Of a stretch of DNA of 64,000 nucleotides, positions 33,097-47,360 are shown piece after piece. Where the stretch lies: positions 16,244,001 to 16,308,000 of the forward strand of contig JBHGNT010000014.1 in the NCBI GenBank assembly GCA_043228905.1. The letters are read 5' to 3'. This DNA is from Azolla caroliniana. Its lineage: Eukaryota > Plantae > Polypodiophyta. Every line of letters begins with the position of its first letter. Positions within the stretch are counted from its first letter, which is position 1. The notes beneath the pieces are model-generated. The model was given only the letters and a program-made list of their open reading frames with translations. It was not told the origin of the DNA and ran no database searches. A program made the translations under genes and the position numbers.

Positions 33097-36000
33097 ATTA
33101 CTTTTAAATGAGGATGAATCCATGTTAACTTTATCTCAAAGATTGTAAAGACGAAACCTAAAAAATGTCGTAAGGTTCTGAAAACTACGTACCACATATG
33201 GAATCATGCATAAAGAATTGGGAAAATAAATCTAATATGCATGTATGATGTACGCATAAGAGAACAATAAAGTATGGTGGCTTGTATCTACATATGATTT
33301 GTCAAAATCAAGCTTTATAATGACATGAAACTTAAAGCAAAGCATTTAATTAAAATGGGAAAACATTATGTGTATATTCTATCTCAGTTTACGATAATCC
33401 AATATCTACTTAGAATTGTTATTATAACTTAAGGTTCTAATTAGGTTAGGTTAAAGTCAACTATTTGATTAGAGAGAAATTAGTAATTGAATAATGCATT
33501 TAAGAAATATGCATTCATACTTACTGTAAATTAAGCTTCATGACCTTATTTTTAAGAAGAGAAAGAGAGACCCATTAATGAAATATCGATTCTCGATCTC
33601 ATGGAAGAGGTGTGAGTCGTGATATTAAAAGCTAGGACACTTCCATATACATTGAAACAACACGCTAGGCCATTGCCTTGTGCCCCTAGAATTTAGTAGT
33701 ACAAATACTTTACCTTAAGAGAATTGATTGAAGAGATCTAAAGAACTTGGGGACAATATCAACCCCAAACAACATGGGAGATGAGTGAGACATGGTTGGG
33801 AAGCATCAAAGATTTACATTTAGACCCTTGAAGCACAAGAGTGCAATCACAACAAGGGGTGTCATGGGGATTAGGGATGGATTAACATAACCAAATTTAC
33901 CCTTTTATCTATATTAAGTGTTTCTTAACTTTAAACTCTTGAGCTAAAGAACAAGTTATATGATGTATATTGTTCTTGTCCTTTTCGGAGACACCAATAC
34001 ACATCTTCCTCTTCTTTTCTTGTTTTTCGTGAAAGGACTCTATGTATTAAAGCAATACAACAATATGAAAACCCTTCTCTCTTTCTCTCATGCGCCCTCT
34101 TTGTAAAAGTTAACATGGACATGTGCTCTTTTTACGTCCAATTTAACGTGCCCCCTTTGTACTTTGTATATTTATCGTGATTACAATATTATTATTTAAA
34201 CTACCTTATATTGAAGGAAGGCACAATAGTACTTAATGTTCCATGAAGGAAATATATGTTTCCATGTCGTAGGATAATACTAGGTTGATAAAAAAATTGA
34301 TAGGTGTATCAACTAATTAACCTACTCACAAGTGACAAAATGAGGTTCAAATTAACTAAACTATGGGTTTTTCTTATAAGCATAAATCTAGGGGCAATCA
34401 AATCATTTCATGGAATCTCTTAGCCTTGCTTTTATTTGGATATGAACGTGGGCATCTACTCATTTTGTGTTCATTGTAACATATTATTACGTTTTTGTTT
34501 GGCCCAAAAGGATGGTGCAATGTATTGTCAATTTCCATTTATTGTGAATCGTGATGTTATCGTTACATGCTACAATATTGTAGCTCTTATGATTTCTTAA
34601 TGTTGTTAAAAGCACATTTGTAAAACTATAGTAATATAACATATAATTAAAAAAATTCCCTCCACTCCATATTTTTTAAAGATTAACAATCTTCCTAATA
34701 GCTCTAATGACTTAAAACATCTAACCTTTTTTTCAGATTCATAGAATGTAAGAGCTTAATACATCCAAAGTTTAATTGTCATCTAAAGATTGTATGTTTT
34801 ATTACCAAAGTAAATTACAACGCTTAAAAAAGGTTTAGGGTTTAGGGACGTAACGTTTATTCAATTGTTGTTTTCCCAATAGATGCTATGTATGCCTCGG
34901 ATTGAGCAATAATTATGTCCCTAACATACCAAAACTAGCAATAGCACCACTCGTAGTTAGATAGGTGGGAACTGATATAGAGAATAAAGTGATAGAATTA
35001 ACATTATCCTCATAATAGGAACTATGCCTTTTTATATTAATCTTAATGGTATTGTTATCTATTCATGGGTTGTGAAAATTGAATTGTGATCCTTATTTTA
35101 AGAGAAACAAATAATTTGTATTGAAGGACACTATATGTTTAATGCGCATACATACCTTTTAGAATTATATTGATCAATATTGATGATGAATAATTACGTT
35201 AAGCGTTAAAAAATTTTGGACTAAGAATGCTCACCTAATCAACCATTTCTAAGCAAAGGGCTTCTCGAAGCGCTGAGGGTGGTTTTGGAAGAAGGGCGAA
35301 TACAAAACTCCATTAAGTGTCTCATAACACCAATTTTGGCTTTGTGTTATACCCTGGAAGTTAGCTAATGAGAGAGATCCAAAGTACGACTTGCGTCACC
35401 AGTAGAGTCTCAACAATGTCCTTTAGATGTTGTATTTAAGGGGGTGGTTAGTCAACTTTTATACAACTAAACTCCCGGCCGTGACGTGTTCCATTGGTTG
35501 TTTAGATCTATGTGGGTTTTTATCTCACTTGGAGGTTTCTCATATATATTACGTGGTATTACTAAAAACCAACACGTATTTAGAATTCAATGAATGTTGA
35601 CCTTGGCAATGAAATGAAGTGTTCATGAATAATAATAATAGAAAAATAATTAAATTAATATCACATCTTTATGGTACCATTTCCAATAGAAGTCGTGGAG
35701 GAATTTCTTGCCTTTTTAAAATAACACTATTGACAATAATCTAGGATACTTGGACATGTAGTGTTGGTGACGATGCGATCATTTTTGTTTTCTTAAAGCA
35801 ATTAATAATGAAGCAATTTTTTAATCATGGATTTGTCCTTTACAAATCGGTCTTATATTGTGAATTTGAATCAATAGTAGCCTCATGCCTTCCAAGTTGA
35901 GGGGAATTTTGATTTAAGTAAATTGTTGCCACTCATAAAAACTTGGGCATATGAAAACCAATCGGTTAGCTTGGCATTACAACAAGCTTGTGAATTAATG

Positions 36001-36748
36001 TGAGTGTTTAACATTGATTTGGACAATGGGAAGATGTCACTAGTCAATGCTTTAGTTTTGGATCACAAATTGTGAGTAAGCGTCTATACACAAACTACAT
36101 AAAAGGTTCCCTAGAATGAGATGCGCTTGTTTGTTTACATAACATACACACTCCCTATCAACATGAAACATATACCTCATCCCCAACTATTATTGGGCAA
36201 TATGAAGGAGGTTTATGTATTGCTCTACCCCACCTTCATTGATGATTTTAGTGTAGAGATCATGAATGGCCACCCAAAAGACCCAATTTCATTGGATCAC
36301 ATCCCATAACAAAGTGAAATAAATCTACTTGTCCTCCTATGTTAATAGCTTAATGAGTTTGGCACATGTGGTTCTTGTCCTCTTTTGATGCATTGATTTG
36401 GTGGTGTAATGGAAATATATGGCATAGAGCCTATGAGTCTTGAAGTTATACTTGGGAGCTTCATGAACCCCATGTTTGTTTGCTATAAGCACTTTTCCAA
36501 AGAGTCAATTGCCTCTTGTGAGATTTGGTTAGATCACTCTATTTGCAAGCTTTTTTAATGTTACTCTCTTTGTCTCATCAGATTACCTATGCATCAACTT
36601 AACGATGTTCCTTGTTGTATAAACATGGCCACAAGAAAATGTGCCCTGGTTTTCAAGTAGATGTTGCATTTGTGTGATTATAGTAGGGATTTAAACCCAC
36701 TCCTTTTGGCTATATAATACTCAAAGGTCATTTCATGTTTTCAAGCAA

Positions 36749-37787
36749 TGTTACTCCCAAAATGTTTGTGGAAACGATTTCGCAAAAGGGAATCGAATGA
36801 TGACATGGTAATTAACAATGTCCAACATCCCCAAGCTTGCGATGCATTATAGTTTCTTATCGATGGACTTCAAAATACTCGAGATTCATCGTTGTCCCTC
36901 ATTATGTCTCTAGCATTAGGGCCAATCTCGTGGGTGTCACTTCTTCATCTACTAAACTTCAAATTCCAATGAATCGATTGCAAGTTTTGCTTCTACACTT
37001 GTTTTCCCCTATTTTGATTTTGTGCGCCTCACGGAACCCCTTCTATCAATCGATGGATTTTTGCCTCCTGTTGATGTCGTGTGCTTGGGGATCGGACCGA
37101 CGTATACCCTATTGGTGGCAAACCGGACGGAGGTAGTTGTCAAATACCTCCGACTTGCTAATTCACTTAATAATTTACGATTAATACTAATATTTGTCTC
37201 GCACTCTCTAGCTTACTCTCTCAAACAAAGTAGAAAACAAGGTATATGATTTATTTCACCACTCTTATTACAAAGAGGTCTAGCATCGCTAATCTCTCTT
37301 GAGCTCTTGGTTACAAAGGAGGTAGAGAGGAGGCTTAGGGCTTTAATCACGAGAAGATTCTTAAGCATGAGAAGAAGCTAAATAGACACCACAAAGGTGG
37401 CTTTTATAGCTTTTACATCATAAGTGTGGTCGTTTCACACCAGGCTACCCATTGGCTTGCCCCCCCTCCCACTATTTGGCTAGTTCTACTCCGTTTTTGT
37501 ATAATCCATTAGTTGGTCGGTGTCCTTTGTTGGTGAACTCTTCTTCACGATTGGTGTGTTGTGTGCCATACATGTAACATCCCCCTTGCTTTTATAGCTT
37601 TTACATCATAAGTGTGGTCGTTTCAAACCAGGTTGCCCATTGGTTTGCCCCCTCCCCCCCCCCCCCCCCCCCCCTATTTGGCTAGTTCTATATCTCCTTT
37701 TTTGTATAATCCATTAGTTGCTCGGTGTCCTTTGTTGGTGCACTCTTCTTCACGGATCGATGTGTGTTGTGCGCCATACGTGTAACA
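36749..37787 (-). mobile_element. Probable LTR remnant: one LTR-like unit (37579-36749) preceded by a PPT and a truncated copy of its first ~200 bp
   Basis: TGTTAC...GTAACA termini; PPT-like AAGGGGGA at 37580-37587; 37400-37579 duplicated at 37588-37787; minus-strand TATAAAAG. No TSD found. Confidence 0.5.
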
Positions 37788-37880
37788 TACCCGCATCCCT
37801 GAAAGATCAAAGAGTTCCATCAGATGGTTTTTGTTGATGAAAAGAGAGTGATCTTTCTCTGGAAGTTTCTAGGCCTCTAC

Positions 37881-37995
37881 ATGTGTGTATGTATGTTATG
37901 TATGCTATGTATGTATGTGTATGTATGTGTATGTTATGTATGTGTATGTTATGTATGTGTATGCTATGTATGTTTATGTATGTATTGTGTATGCA
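37881..37995. repeat. Degenerate (TATG)/(TG) microsatellite
   Basis: Read directly from the sequence. Confidence 0.85.
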
Positions 37996-38079
37996 TTCAA
38001 ACTGCACCGTATCCTTAACCCTAAACACAAATCCAAGAACAGAGAGGCAAAGGCAAAGGCACACAGAAGAGTAGCAGCG

Positions 38080-39495
38080 ATGGCGGGGGGTGGATTTCTG
38101 CATCGTGTCCTTCAGTATGTTGCTAACGAATTCATAGTCGATCGATTGGCAAACAGGTAATCCACGAAGACACATCCATATATATATATATATATACATA
38201 CATACATACGCACAGAGAGAGAGAGAGAGAGATCACCTGTGTTTATGCAAATGATTTGGTCGTAATTAGTTTCCACTTTTGTTTTCCCCCCTTTGTATGG
38301 CTTCATAACAGCCATACTTTCCAGAGATTTGCCGTGAGATCAGCCAAAGCAATCGAAAATGCGTCTCAGACGAGTGAGTAAGCCCTTGCTTGGAATAAAT
38401 TCACGTCAAACTTTTCTTGCTGGTAAAAAAACATGTAAAGGTTGATGTTTGATCTAAATTCCATGATGTATTGCAGTACCTAAGAAGACAGAACAAATGA
38501 AGGAGCAATTGACAGATTTCGTTGAGTTCCTCAAATCAGAGGTTTGTTTTGAACTGAATCTCTCTGTGTTATCAATAATTTCCTTTGTATAGATGGAAGG
38601 CTAGCTTTTCTGAAGGATGTATTTTCTCTGTATTCTGGTATAGTCCTTCCCATATGATGTCTGCCAATTGTCACCTAGAGCCAGTCTACACTGCACTTTA
38701 ATAGCAGTGAGACAGAAGAGGAAATTTTATGATAAGAAGAGGAAAATTTGTTAAAATGGCACAAAAGAGACAATCTTGATGAGATAGATGCGTCAGCTGA
38801 TTGTCATCTAGAGCCATGACTTTGCTGCACTTTAATAGCAGTGAGAAGAGGAAAACTTATGATTAGAACAAGGAAAATTCGATTAAATGTACAAAAGAGA
38901 CAATTTTCATGGAGTAGATGCTTTGAAAATACTTTTTATTCTAGATTTTTAGACATTTCGCACGTTTAGAGAGAAGAAACATGGTGAATGTTTAGAACGT
39001 ATCTGCAAAATAGTGTTCTAATGTATTTTGTAGTTTTAAATAACTGTTTTCTAAATGCAGTTGGGTATAGCTCTTTGTGTGTAGACTATGCTTGTAATCT
39101 GGGTGATTATAGTTTTGAGAGATCTCATGCTCTGACAAATTTCAGATGTATCTTGTTTCCAAAGAAATCATATGCATTAACAAGTGAAAGAGATTCATTA
39201 TGGGAAATGAAAAATATGGTCCTTAAATAGTTATCTCTAGTGGAAACTTTTGGCCACTTGTTTTTAAATGCTCGATGTTGAAAGGTTTGCCAAAAGTTGC
39301 TAGGAAGTTTAGAGAACTTCTAGTAAGATTAGCGTAACATAGGCTAAATATTGTGGGAACTAGCCTAATATTTCTTGATTTCAATTAGTTAATATAAGTT
39401 CGTCCAATTCTTATACCATGGTTATGAAATTTTGTGGTTTAATCAAATTCTATTTTATGCAGCACATGAGTGGTTCTGGAAGGAGTGGAAGGTGA
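38080..39495 (+). CDS. Small conserved plant protein, 78 aa, 4 exons (At5g01350 / NCBP2-AS2-like by recollection)
   Basis: Exons 38080-38156, 38312-38373, 38477-38541, 39463-39495; all GT-AG and phase-compatible, giving MAGGGFLHRVLQYVANEFIVDRLANSHTFQRFAVRSAKAIENASQTIPKKTEQMKEQLTDFVEFLKSEHMSGSGRSGR. The last exon is the least certain. Confidence 0.82.
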
Positions 39496-42355
39496 TTCGA
39501 CTTTGACCTTGTTTTCATACCATACACAGCAACAACAACTTAAATCATGTATTATATTATATCTTAAAAAGGGATATAGCATATTTTGCGAGTCCTTGTT
39601 TAATATACCGTGGTTCTACACATCGTTCGGTCAACATTTCATGAAAGCATATAATCTGTCATGAAATGCTTTATAAGTTTGTTTTTTTGATAGATAAGCA
39701 TATTGAGAATTATAAATTCTCGAGTTATTAGTTATATCATTTGGTTTTTAAAGGTTAATTTTTTAAGATACTAAAACTCACAAAAGAAATATCGTTGTGT
39801 GAATTTTTGTTTACATACCCTGGCTGTACACATCTTCATTCATTGGATATTTTGTGAAATCATATATAATCTGTCATGAAATGCTTCAACATTCTGTTTG
39901 TTTGGAAAATATATTCAGAATCATCAGTTCTCATATGGTCAGATATATCCTTACGATTTTTAAAGATTGGATACCTAGCATAACTGCAGCCCTCTAAAGA
40001 ATGATGGGAAAGCTACTTGGGAGAATGCATCTCTATATAAGAGATTATGATGAATATTTATTATGTATAGGATCCTGTACAGAGGATATTTAGGGAGTTT
40101 TTGTATTATCTGCATTTCTACAATGAAGAAGTGCTGTCTGTTCTCATATTCTCCATATGACTTTAAGAGGCTGTATGAACCAGTACACACATTATATTCT
40201 ATTTATATTCATTGCTTCATTTCGTTGGACTTATTGCAGAAATTCTAGCGTCCCGTTTATTTGTACCATGCATATTATCATATATGTGTACATGTTATAT
40301 CTCTTTTAGTTACTGCATGTGTTTGATCCTAATTATACATATATATTGCTCTCATGATCTCTTGTTAAAATGTGTATACTTGAAAGTTATAACACGTGGG
40401 CAAGCAGTAATGTATGCTTTTAGCATATTGGGTTAAAGGGATTATGAAGCAACAGCATACAAAGCTTTGAAGGAAATGCGTATACTTGAAAGTTATAACA
40501 TGTGGGCAAGCAGTAATGTATGCTTTTAGCATATTGGGTCAAAGGGATTAAGAAGCAACAGCATACAAAGCTGTGAAGGGAAAAACGCCAATAAAATGCC
40601 CCCAAGTTTTTCCCCATGTGCTATTCTTGCCATTTTCTGTAATGACCTCGGTCAGCCCTGTAACAAGGAAATTATATTGGTTCAATTGTTTGGTGACTAT
40701 CCATTGAGAACTGTTTTATGCCTATCCATTGATAATTGTTTTTATTGTCAGCCGTTGGGTTGTAACAAGGAGTACAAGCGACTTTGCAATAGGGTAGATA
40801 ATGTAATAGGAAGAAAAAAGATTATGAGCACAAAGGTGAGAGAGAGAGAGAGAGAGAAGAAATTTTCATTAAAAAGAAAGACCTTATGCAGCAAACTAGT
40901 TTTGCTCAAGAATGAGCTCATCAGTGCAAAGGTCTTTTACAAGATGGGTGTAGGCTTATATTGGTGAATCCTTTTGAAGATTTATAGTTCTTAGAGTCCA
41001 TGGTAGAAGTTAGTATTGTTGTATCTCTTTCTTTACTTAAAGCTATTTTCCTCAATTGTTGAATCAACTGTTTTTCTCGCTCCATGCATTGGTGTTAAAT
41101 AACTCAATACCCAGGTTAGGCTTTCATTTTACTCATAAATTGAACCCTACAAATCTCCTCTCACTTCTTCCATGCTATGCAATGACCAATCTATGTTGAT
41201 GATGTGATGTTACAGTTGCATAATGATCACAATGACTACGAGTTTGAAACCACAAAGCTTGAACTATCCCTACTACATTTTAGCTTAAGATATAGTGTGT
41301 CAAGATTGAAGGTGTTTCACCAAGCCAATGTGTGAGGTCGCCAATCAAATTCAACATTCATATAAAAGAGACGGCATTTGTCAATGAGATGGGTGAATTT
41401 ACAAAAACAACATTAAATAATATCTCAAGGTATGAAAATTTGGTGTGAAATCCATAGATTAGAGCTTGAAGGCAATGAAACTTTGTTACTTGTAACACTT
41501 TCCCAAGATACAACATAGAAAAAGGGGTGCATCTGTTAAGGAGAAATTTCATGCTATAATAGAAAGTAAGAACAATCAAGCAAAAGTTTGAAACACACAT
41601 TCACATTCAACAAGGATATTGCTTTCTTGAAATGGATAGTATGGTTATGGCCATACATCTTCATAATGTTAATCTTTTGATTGTGAAGTGTCTATAATGG
41701 TAGATATTGAAAAACCTTTGACGCTTTTGTAAAGAGAAGCAAAAAGGTTTTCCAAACATTTTTAAATTGAAACGACAACGTATTCCTATTGATAGATTTT
41801 GAAGTTTTTGACATTCCCAATGATAGAGAAAACTTATGAAATGTTGGTTAAATTGGTAGGGTGGACAGGTGGTAAAACCTCGTTACTTTGGCTCCCTTGA
41901 ATGTCCATAGGATATTTTTATGAACTACATTGAAGATGAACATTCATCACTTTCAACTTCTCAAAGTTTGTTTTTTCACCACTTGTGGTCAATGATTCTC
42001 TAGAAGCTTCTTATTTCCTTTGAGTTTTCCTAAGATACTTGAGAGATCTAAATACTAAAATATTCAAAGCAAGTTTTTATACATGAATTTTATGGATAAT
42101 TTATCAAAAACTCGAAATTTTAAGTTCTTCTTAAATTATCCTTGTACATCAACCATTTCCATGCCCTCCTCATTGTAATTTGCTTCCAGTATCTTGAACC
42201 TCTTTCTTTAGAAGCCTGGAAAATGCCAAGGATGTCAGAAGCTTCTAGAGAATAGAGAATCGTTGGGCATAAATAGTTAATGAGAATACAAGGGCATCGT
42301 TGACGTGGTCTAGTTTCAAGGATAAAGTTCACTTAAACCTACGATTTTCAAGATG

Positions 42356-45190
42356 TGGTATTAGAGCCACAAGTAATTGTAGGAGAAAAAACTCCCACAC
42401 CAACCACACATCTTAGTACGATCTCTGCAAATGCTCCCATATATGTAAGGTTCCTCAATTTGGTCTAGCCCTCTTAACATAGAGGTGTTAGGGACTTACG
42501 ATCACAGGTGTGCCAAACTTAGCATCACCTTACAACATCAACCCTTGGTGCCAATCTCTTCCTCTCACTTATAGGATGCTTAAATCAAAGAATGATAGAA
42601 TGCTATGCAATTTTAGATCACAAAAACATGACATTGACGCTATTCTCAAACAATTAATATATATTCTTATTGTCCCTAGCTCTTGATTTTCCCTTGGGTT
42701 TCATATGTGGGGGCTATATATCTATAAACAAGCCTATGTACACATAGTAAATTTCATGTTGGGACTAGCATAGGCCTTGTTGAAATATTTTTTGTCCTAA
42801 AAAAAAATTGAGAAATCTTTTGCAAATTGTGGTTCTTGTATTCTAAATTAATTGTTGGTTTGCGAAAAGTCTCATAACTTGATTGGGAACTTTTAACAAA
42901 CAAAGGTGACATGTGAGACCTAAATACATTGCCATCATTTTATGCCCTATGGTGGATACCCACTTAGACAAACGACACTTATGGTTGAGGAAGCTTGAAT
43001 GATGATCACGGTAGAGGAAGAAGATCGACTAATGTGGCAATGGTCGAAACAATGACAAGCAAGACATAGAAAGCCATGTAGAGGGGAGATTGGAATGGTG
43101 GTGCACACCATCAAAATGATCTAGAATCTTGACATTTTGGAAACCTTGGTAACATTGAGGTGGATTTTCGTAAGAAGAAGAGTGATCTAGCTAATGACCG
43201 AAACCTCGTAAACTACATTACTAATTGTTAGCTTGACGATTATAGTGGAGTGCTTGTAAGAAGTTACAAAGAACAACTCTATTTTAGCTACCACCAATTG
43301 GTCAAAGGATGTGTTGTTCATTGATCGAGGCATGTCAAACCACACCACTAGTCCTGACGACTATTTTGGTGATGTGCAAACACACCCAACCAATCAACGA
43401 TGTAGAGATCGATGATGACACTACACACTCAAGTTGTCTGATGGGAGATGCCATATTTAAAATGACATATAGATGCATGAAAAGAATTGAATAATCTATC
43501 ATTTGATGATGGTGAGTTTGGTGAGCCCATCATCAGGACACTTGGTATGGAGGAAGACCTAATAAAAGAATGAGCAACTATAGTGCTCCATCCATGAGAA
43601 AAATCCATTGACCCAGTTCATATATAACCATTACATAGTGTATACCACTGAGCCTACAAGATGAAGGTAATGGTAGTTCCTAAGGACAAAATACTTTGTG
43701 GCCGTAACCGGAGGTCTATTAGTGGGTGAAGGTTGTTGGGATGAACATATGCTAGTAGATCTCCATGAGAATTGGGGCATGTGACCTCACCTTCTTTGTA
43801 ACACGCACGAAAGGCTTTGGTTGTGAATGGGTCTACAAAGTGAAGCATAGCTTGGAGGACATCATGAAGTGGTACAAAACTTGTCTCATTGCCAAAAGTT
43901 ATGTTGGGATCCACAATGCAAGCTAGGATGAGCCATTTGGCCCCATGGTCAATTTGGACAAGCATGTGGATTGGATTAGTGCTCATTGTTGTTGAATGGG
44001 TGTATGTGAACAATAGTTTCCTCCGAGTAAAGCAATGGAAGTGGCCTATATTTAAAATAACCATATTCAACTTGGAAATCCCATCCGCTCGCATTATGTC
44101 CACTTGACATATGTTCTCAATCAAGCATTGAGGATGTGACCCCCCAAAGATCACGCAACACTTGAACAATATTATTAGCTTTTGCATGTCCAACTCTAAA
44201 AAACTGCTTCCTATTTTATTGTATTAATCATCCCATATGTCTATGACTCGATGATTGGTGAACACTTGGATATCATTGAGAGTGTGAACGATTTACTCAC
44301 TACCAATTGGAAATCGAAGACATGGATATGCTTTAATAATCTCTTGGTGTAGAGATCATCATGCATATTGTAGGATCGATGATGTGGTGATTGAAGAACA
44401 CTTGACTAGCATTACATGCTTTGATATTCTCTTGGCATGAGGATCGTGTGCACATATCGTAGGATAATGTTCTCTAAACACCTTTACATCTTGAATTTGG
44501 TGCTCACATTCTCCATGAAGGATTGTAAGACAATCATGACTTCAATTGACTAGAATTTGGAGATGCACTTTGATTCCAACCCCATTATCCATAACCCAAC
44601 ACAACATCAACAAATAACTAGAAACCTGGCCTACTCAAGAATCATGAGGTTTGACCTTTGATATATGATCAACCTCCTTGTTGAGTTCATGCAACACCAA
44701 TCGATGTGCACTTGGAGTATGCTAAGTGGGAGTTGGTACCAAGGACCTCAACATCTCCTCTATTAAGTGGCAATCCTGGTCATAGACACCAATTGATTCA
44801 TTAGTTTGGTTGATTGTCATTGACATTAGCTTGGCCTTCTTCATCTTCTAGAGCAATAAGAACCAATGAGCATTGAGGTAGATTGTAGGGGTATGATCAT
44901 TGTTGCTTGTGAATTCAACTAAGCTACACATTGATGACCTTGTGCAAATAATTAGTGACAACCTTGACATGATCCAATTGGGCTAAATGCAATTGTAATG
45001 CTCAAATAAATGGCATTGAGAAACACTATCAATATATAGAGATTGAACCATAGTGGAACATGTTGACCTCCAACACATGTCGACCAACAAATAATGGATG
45101 ACTTCACAAAGCACTTGGAGCAGACAAGCTAAGATAAATTTCAACTATTCAACATATTTACACTTGATTCATTGAGTTTGATGGGGAGTG
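42356..45190 (+). mobile_element. Highly decayed Ty1/copia remnant
   Basis: PBS-like TGGTATTAGAGCC at 42356; RT relics WVYKVKH...YKTCLIAKSY at ~43825-43900; PPT-like TTGATGGGGAG at ~45180. Confidence 0.65.
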
Positions 45191-45599
45191 AAGGCATGCC
45201 TAGTGAGTTACTCATAGATATGAACCATGAGATGTCAAGCTCAACTACGTCATTGTATGTGAACACACCCCTTAGTGTGTGCTAAAGTTCATTCGTGACT
45301 TAACGAATAGGACATACCTTTATATTAATGAAGTGGAGACATCCCACCTCCTCTTCCATTGATTACTAGATTGATCCTAATTTCTAGGTATAGTTATTTA
45401 CTAATAGGCCCTACATAAATCAAGCCTCCCCTCTTGTATCTAGTGATGATTCTTGTTAGTTCATTGTTAGTTTAATATTCCCCCATTTTTGTTTAATTGA
45501 GTTTATTGTAGTTGGCGTAACATTGTTATGTTAGTGCTTGAAACGAACTTGCCAATGGATAACAACTTTCATGGAAAAAAGCTATTCAATGATATTTGT

Positions 45600-46150
45600 C
45601 AGAAGATTAGCTCATGAAATAAATTAAACCAATTAATAAATAGGGAGATAAAAATTTGGTATCCATTAACTATCGAACTATCATTGTTACCTCACTTATG
45701 GCCAAGCTATAACACTATTATGGAATAAAAGGATAGCTCATGGTTTGAACATCATTGCAAATGATCATTTGGTCAAGTAGGCTTGAAATCAAAACATCCC
45801 ATAATTGGTCATTTGGTTATGTTAGAAAGCCGACTTCACGGGTAAATTCCATGTTATTTTGTGGACTTCAATATAGCCTTTGCCATTATACTTCAATAAG
45901 CCCTTGGCAATAAGAATATCTCTAGAGTAGAGTAGTTATAACACAATTATGTAGAGAAAGTTAGGACCGTGTCAATTGAAAATAGACTGTGGTTTCTCAA
46001 AATACTTCTTGAGCAACATGGGGGTGTCCACTCTCACCCACACTCTATGGTCGGTGTATTGATAAACTGAACAAAATAGTAAACAATGGTGCAAAACAAG
46101 AAGGATTAGATGGCCCAAATCTCATGTGAGACCCCATAAACATATGATAC
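45600..46150 (+). mobile_element. RTE-like LINE RT remnant
   Basis: CYFVDFNIAF (~45852) and GCPLSPTL..RCIDKL (~46023); boundaries approximate. Confidence 0.65.
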
Positions 46151-47045
46151 AAGGTACAAAAAGCAAACACTTTGAAATGGTTTAAAAGATGGAATGTAAA
46201 ATATTATTGGAGTTTCTTAGGCGATCGTATGAAATATGTGATCATGGTGGATAGAAAATGAGAGGTCCTAAGGATGAAGTGGCAAGTTACTCAAATCTCA
46301 AATTTGGAAGTATTATATTTTTAATGTGTTACCTTAATGTTGACCCCAACCCTAAATGGAATGTAAAGTTGCTAGAACTTATCCAATTGCATCTTACTAT
46401 CCCCCATAGAACCTTAGCTCTCAGAGAGCCTTAACACTTCTTCGAACTCGCTCATACAAGGTAGGTGTTGAGGTAACAACATGGCATCATCACTCAAATA
46501 CGACGATATGCAAGGGATGCATTGAAAACATAGTGGACATATAAGTGAATTTGTGAGAAATGTGATAAACTGTTAGACAATCATGATAATTTAATGTCAT
46601 ATTCAAATCTCTACCAAGAAGGGTGATCACATATATGTGCATGCATTATTTTCAAATAGAGAGTTTTTACTCCAAAGTAGTTGCCCCCCTCCTTAGGAAG
46701 GAGTGTGCTCAAGGTGATACGTTTATTTGATCCCATAGGTCAAATTTACCTCATTGTGGACGATAAAAATTCTATTCTCCCCTCTAACGTGAACGCACAT
46801 GTGCGTGCACACATCTTACTTCATCTATTTTGTTGCATAGAACTATATTGTATTAAATAACAAGTGTATGAAAGTGGCACATATTCTTATGACTTGAGTC
46901 CAAATGTCATATTCTTATGAAATTTGAGTTTGTTCCCTCAAAAACAATTCCAGTCATCAAGCTAAAAAATACGACTACAATATTTTGTGAAGGGAGCTAC
47001 TTTATCTTGAATATTGTTCAAAAACAACCACATGAAGAGATTGGA

Positions 47046-47360
47046 GGATGTGTATGCTGAATTCGGGTTGTATGAGGCTGAGTAATTCTATGCTCAATGG
47101 ATGATGCGGTGATTAGGAGTTTTTTTGTTGATTCCTTCACCATGCAAGTTGGCCTGTAAGATATGAGTTGTATATTATCCTATGTACATTGCTTAACTAA
47201 TGGGATGTGTATGCTGAATTCGGGTTGTATGAGGCTGAGTAATTCTATGCTCAATGGATGATGCGGTGATTAGGAGTTTTTTTGTTGATTCCTTCACCAT
47301 GCAAGTTGGCCTGTAAGATATGAGTTGTATATTATCCTATGTACATTGCTTAACTAATGG
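47046..47360. repeat. Tandem duplication, 2 x 157 bp
   Basis: GGATGTGTATGCTGAATTC... at 47046 and 47203; no difference seen between copies. Confidence 0.92.

Noticed and set aside
34832-34846. GGTTTAGGGTTTAGGG telomere-like tract
   Set aside because: Only two units, with no insertion footprint.
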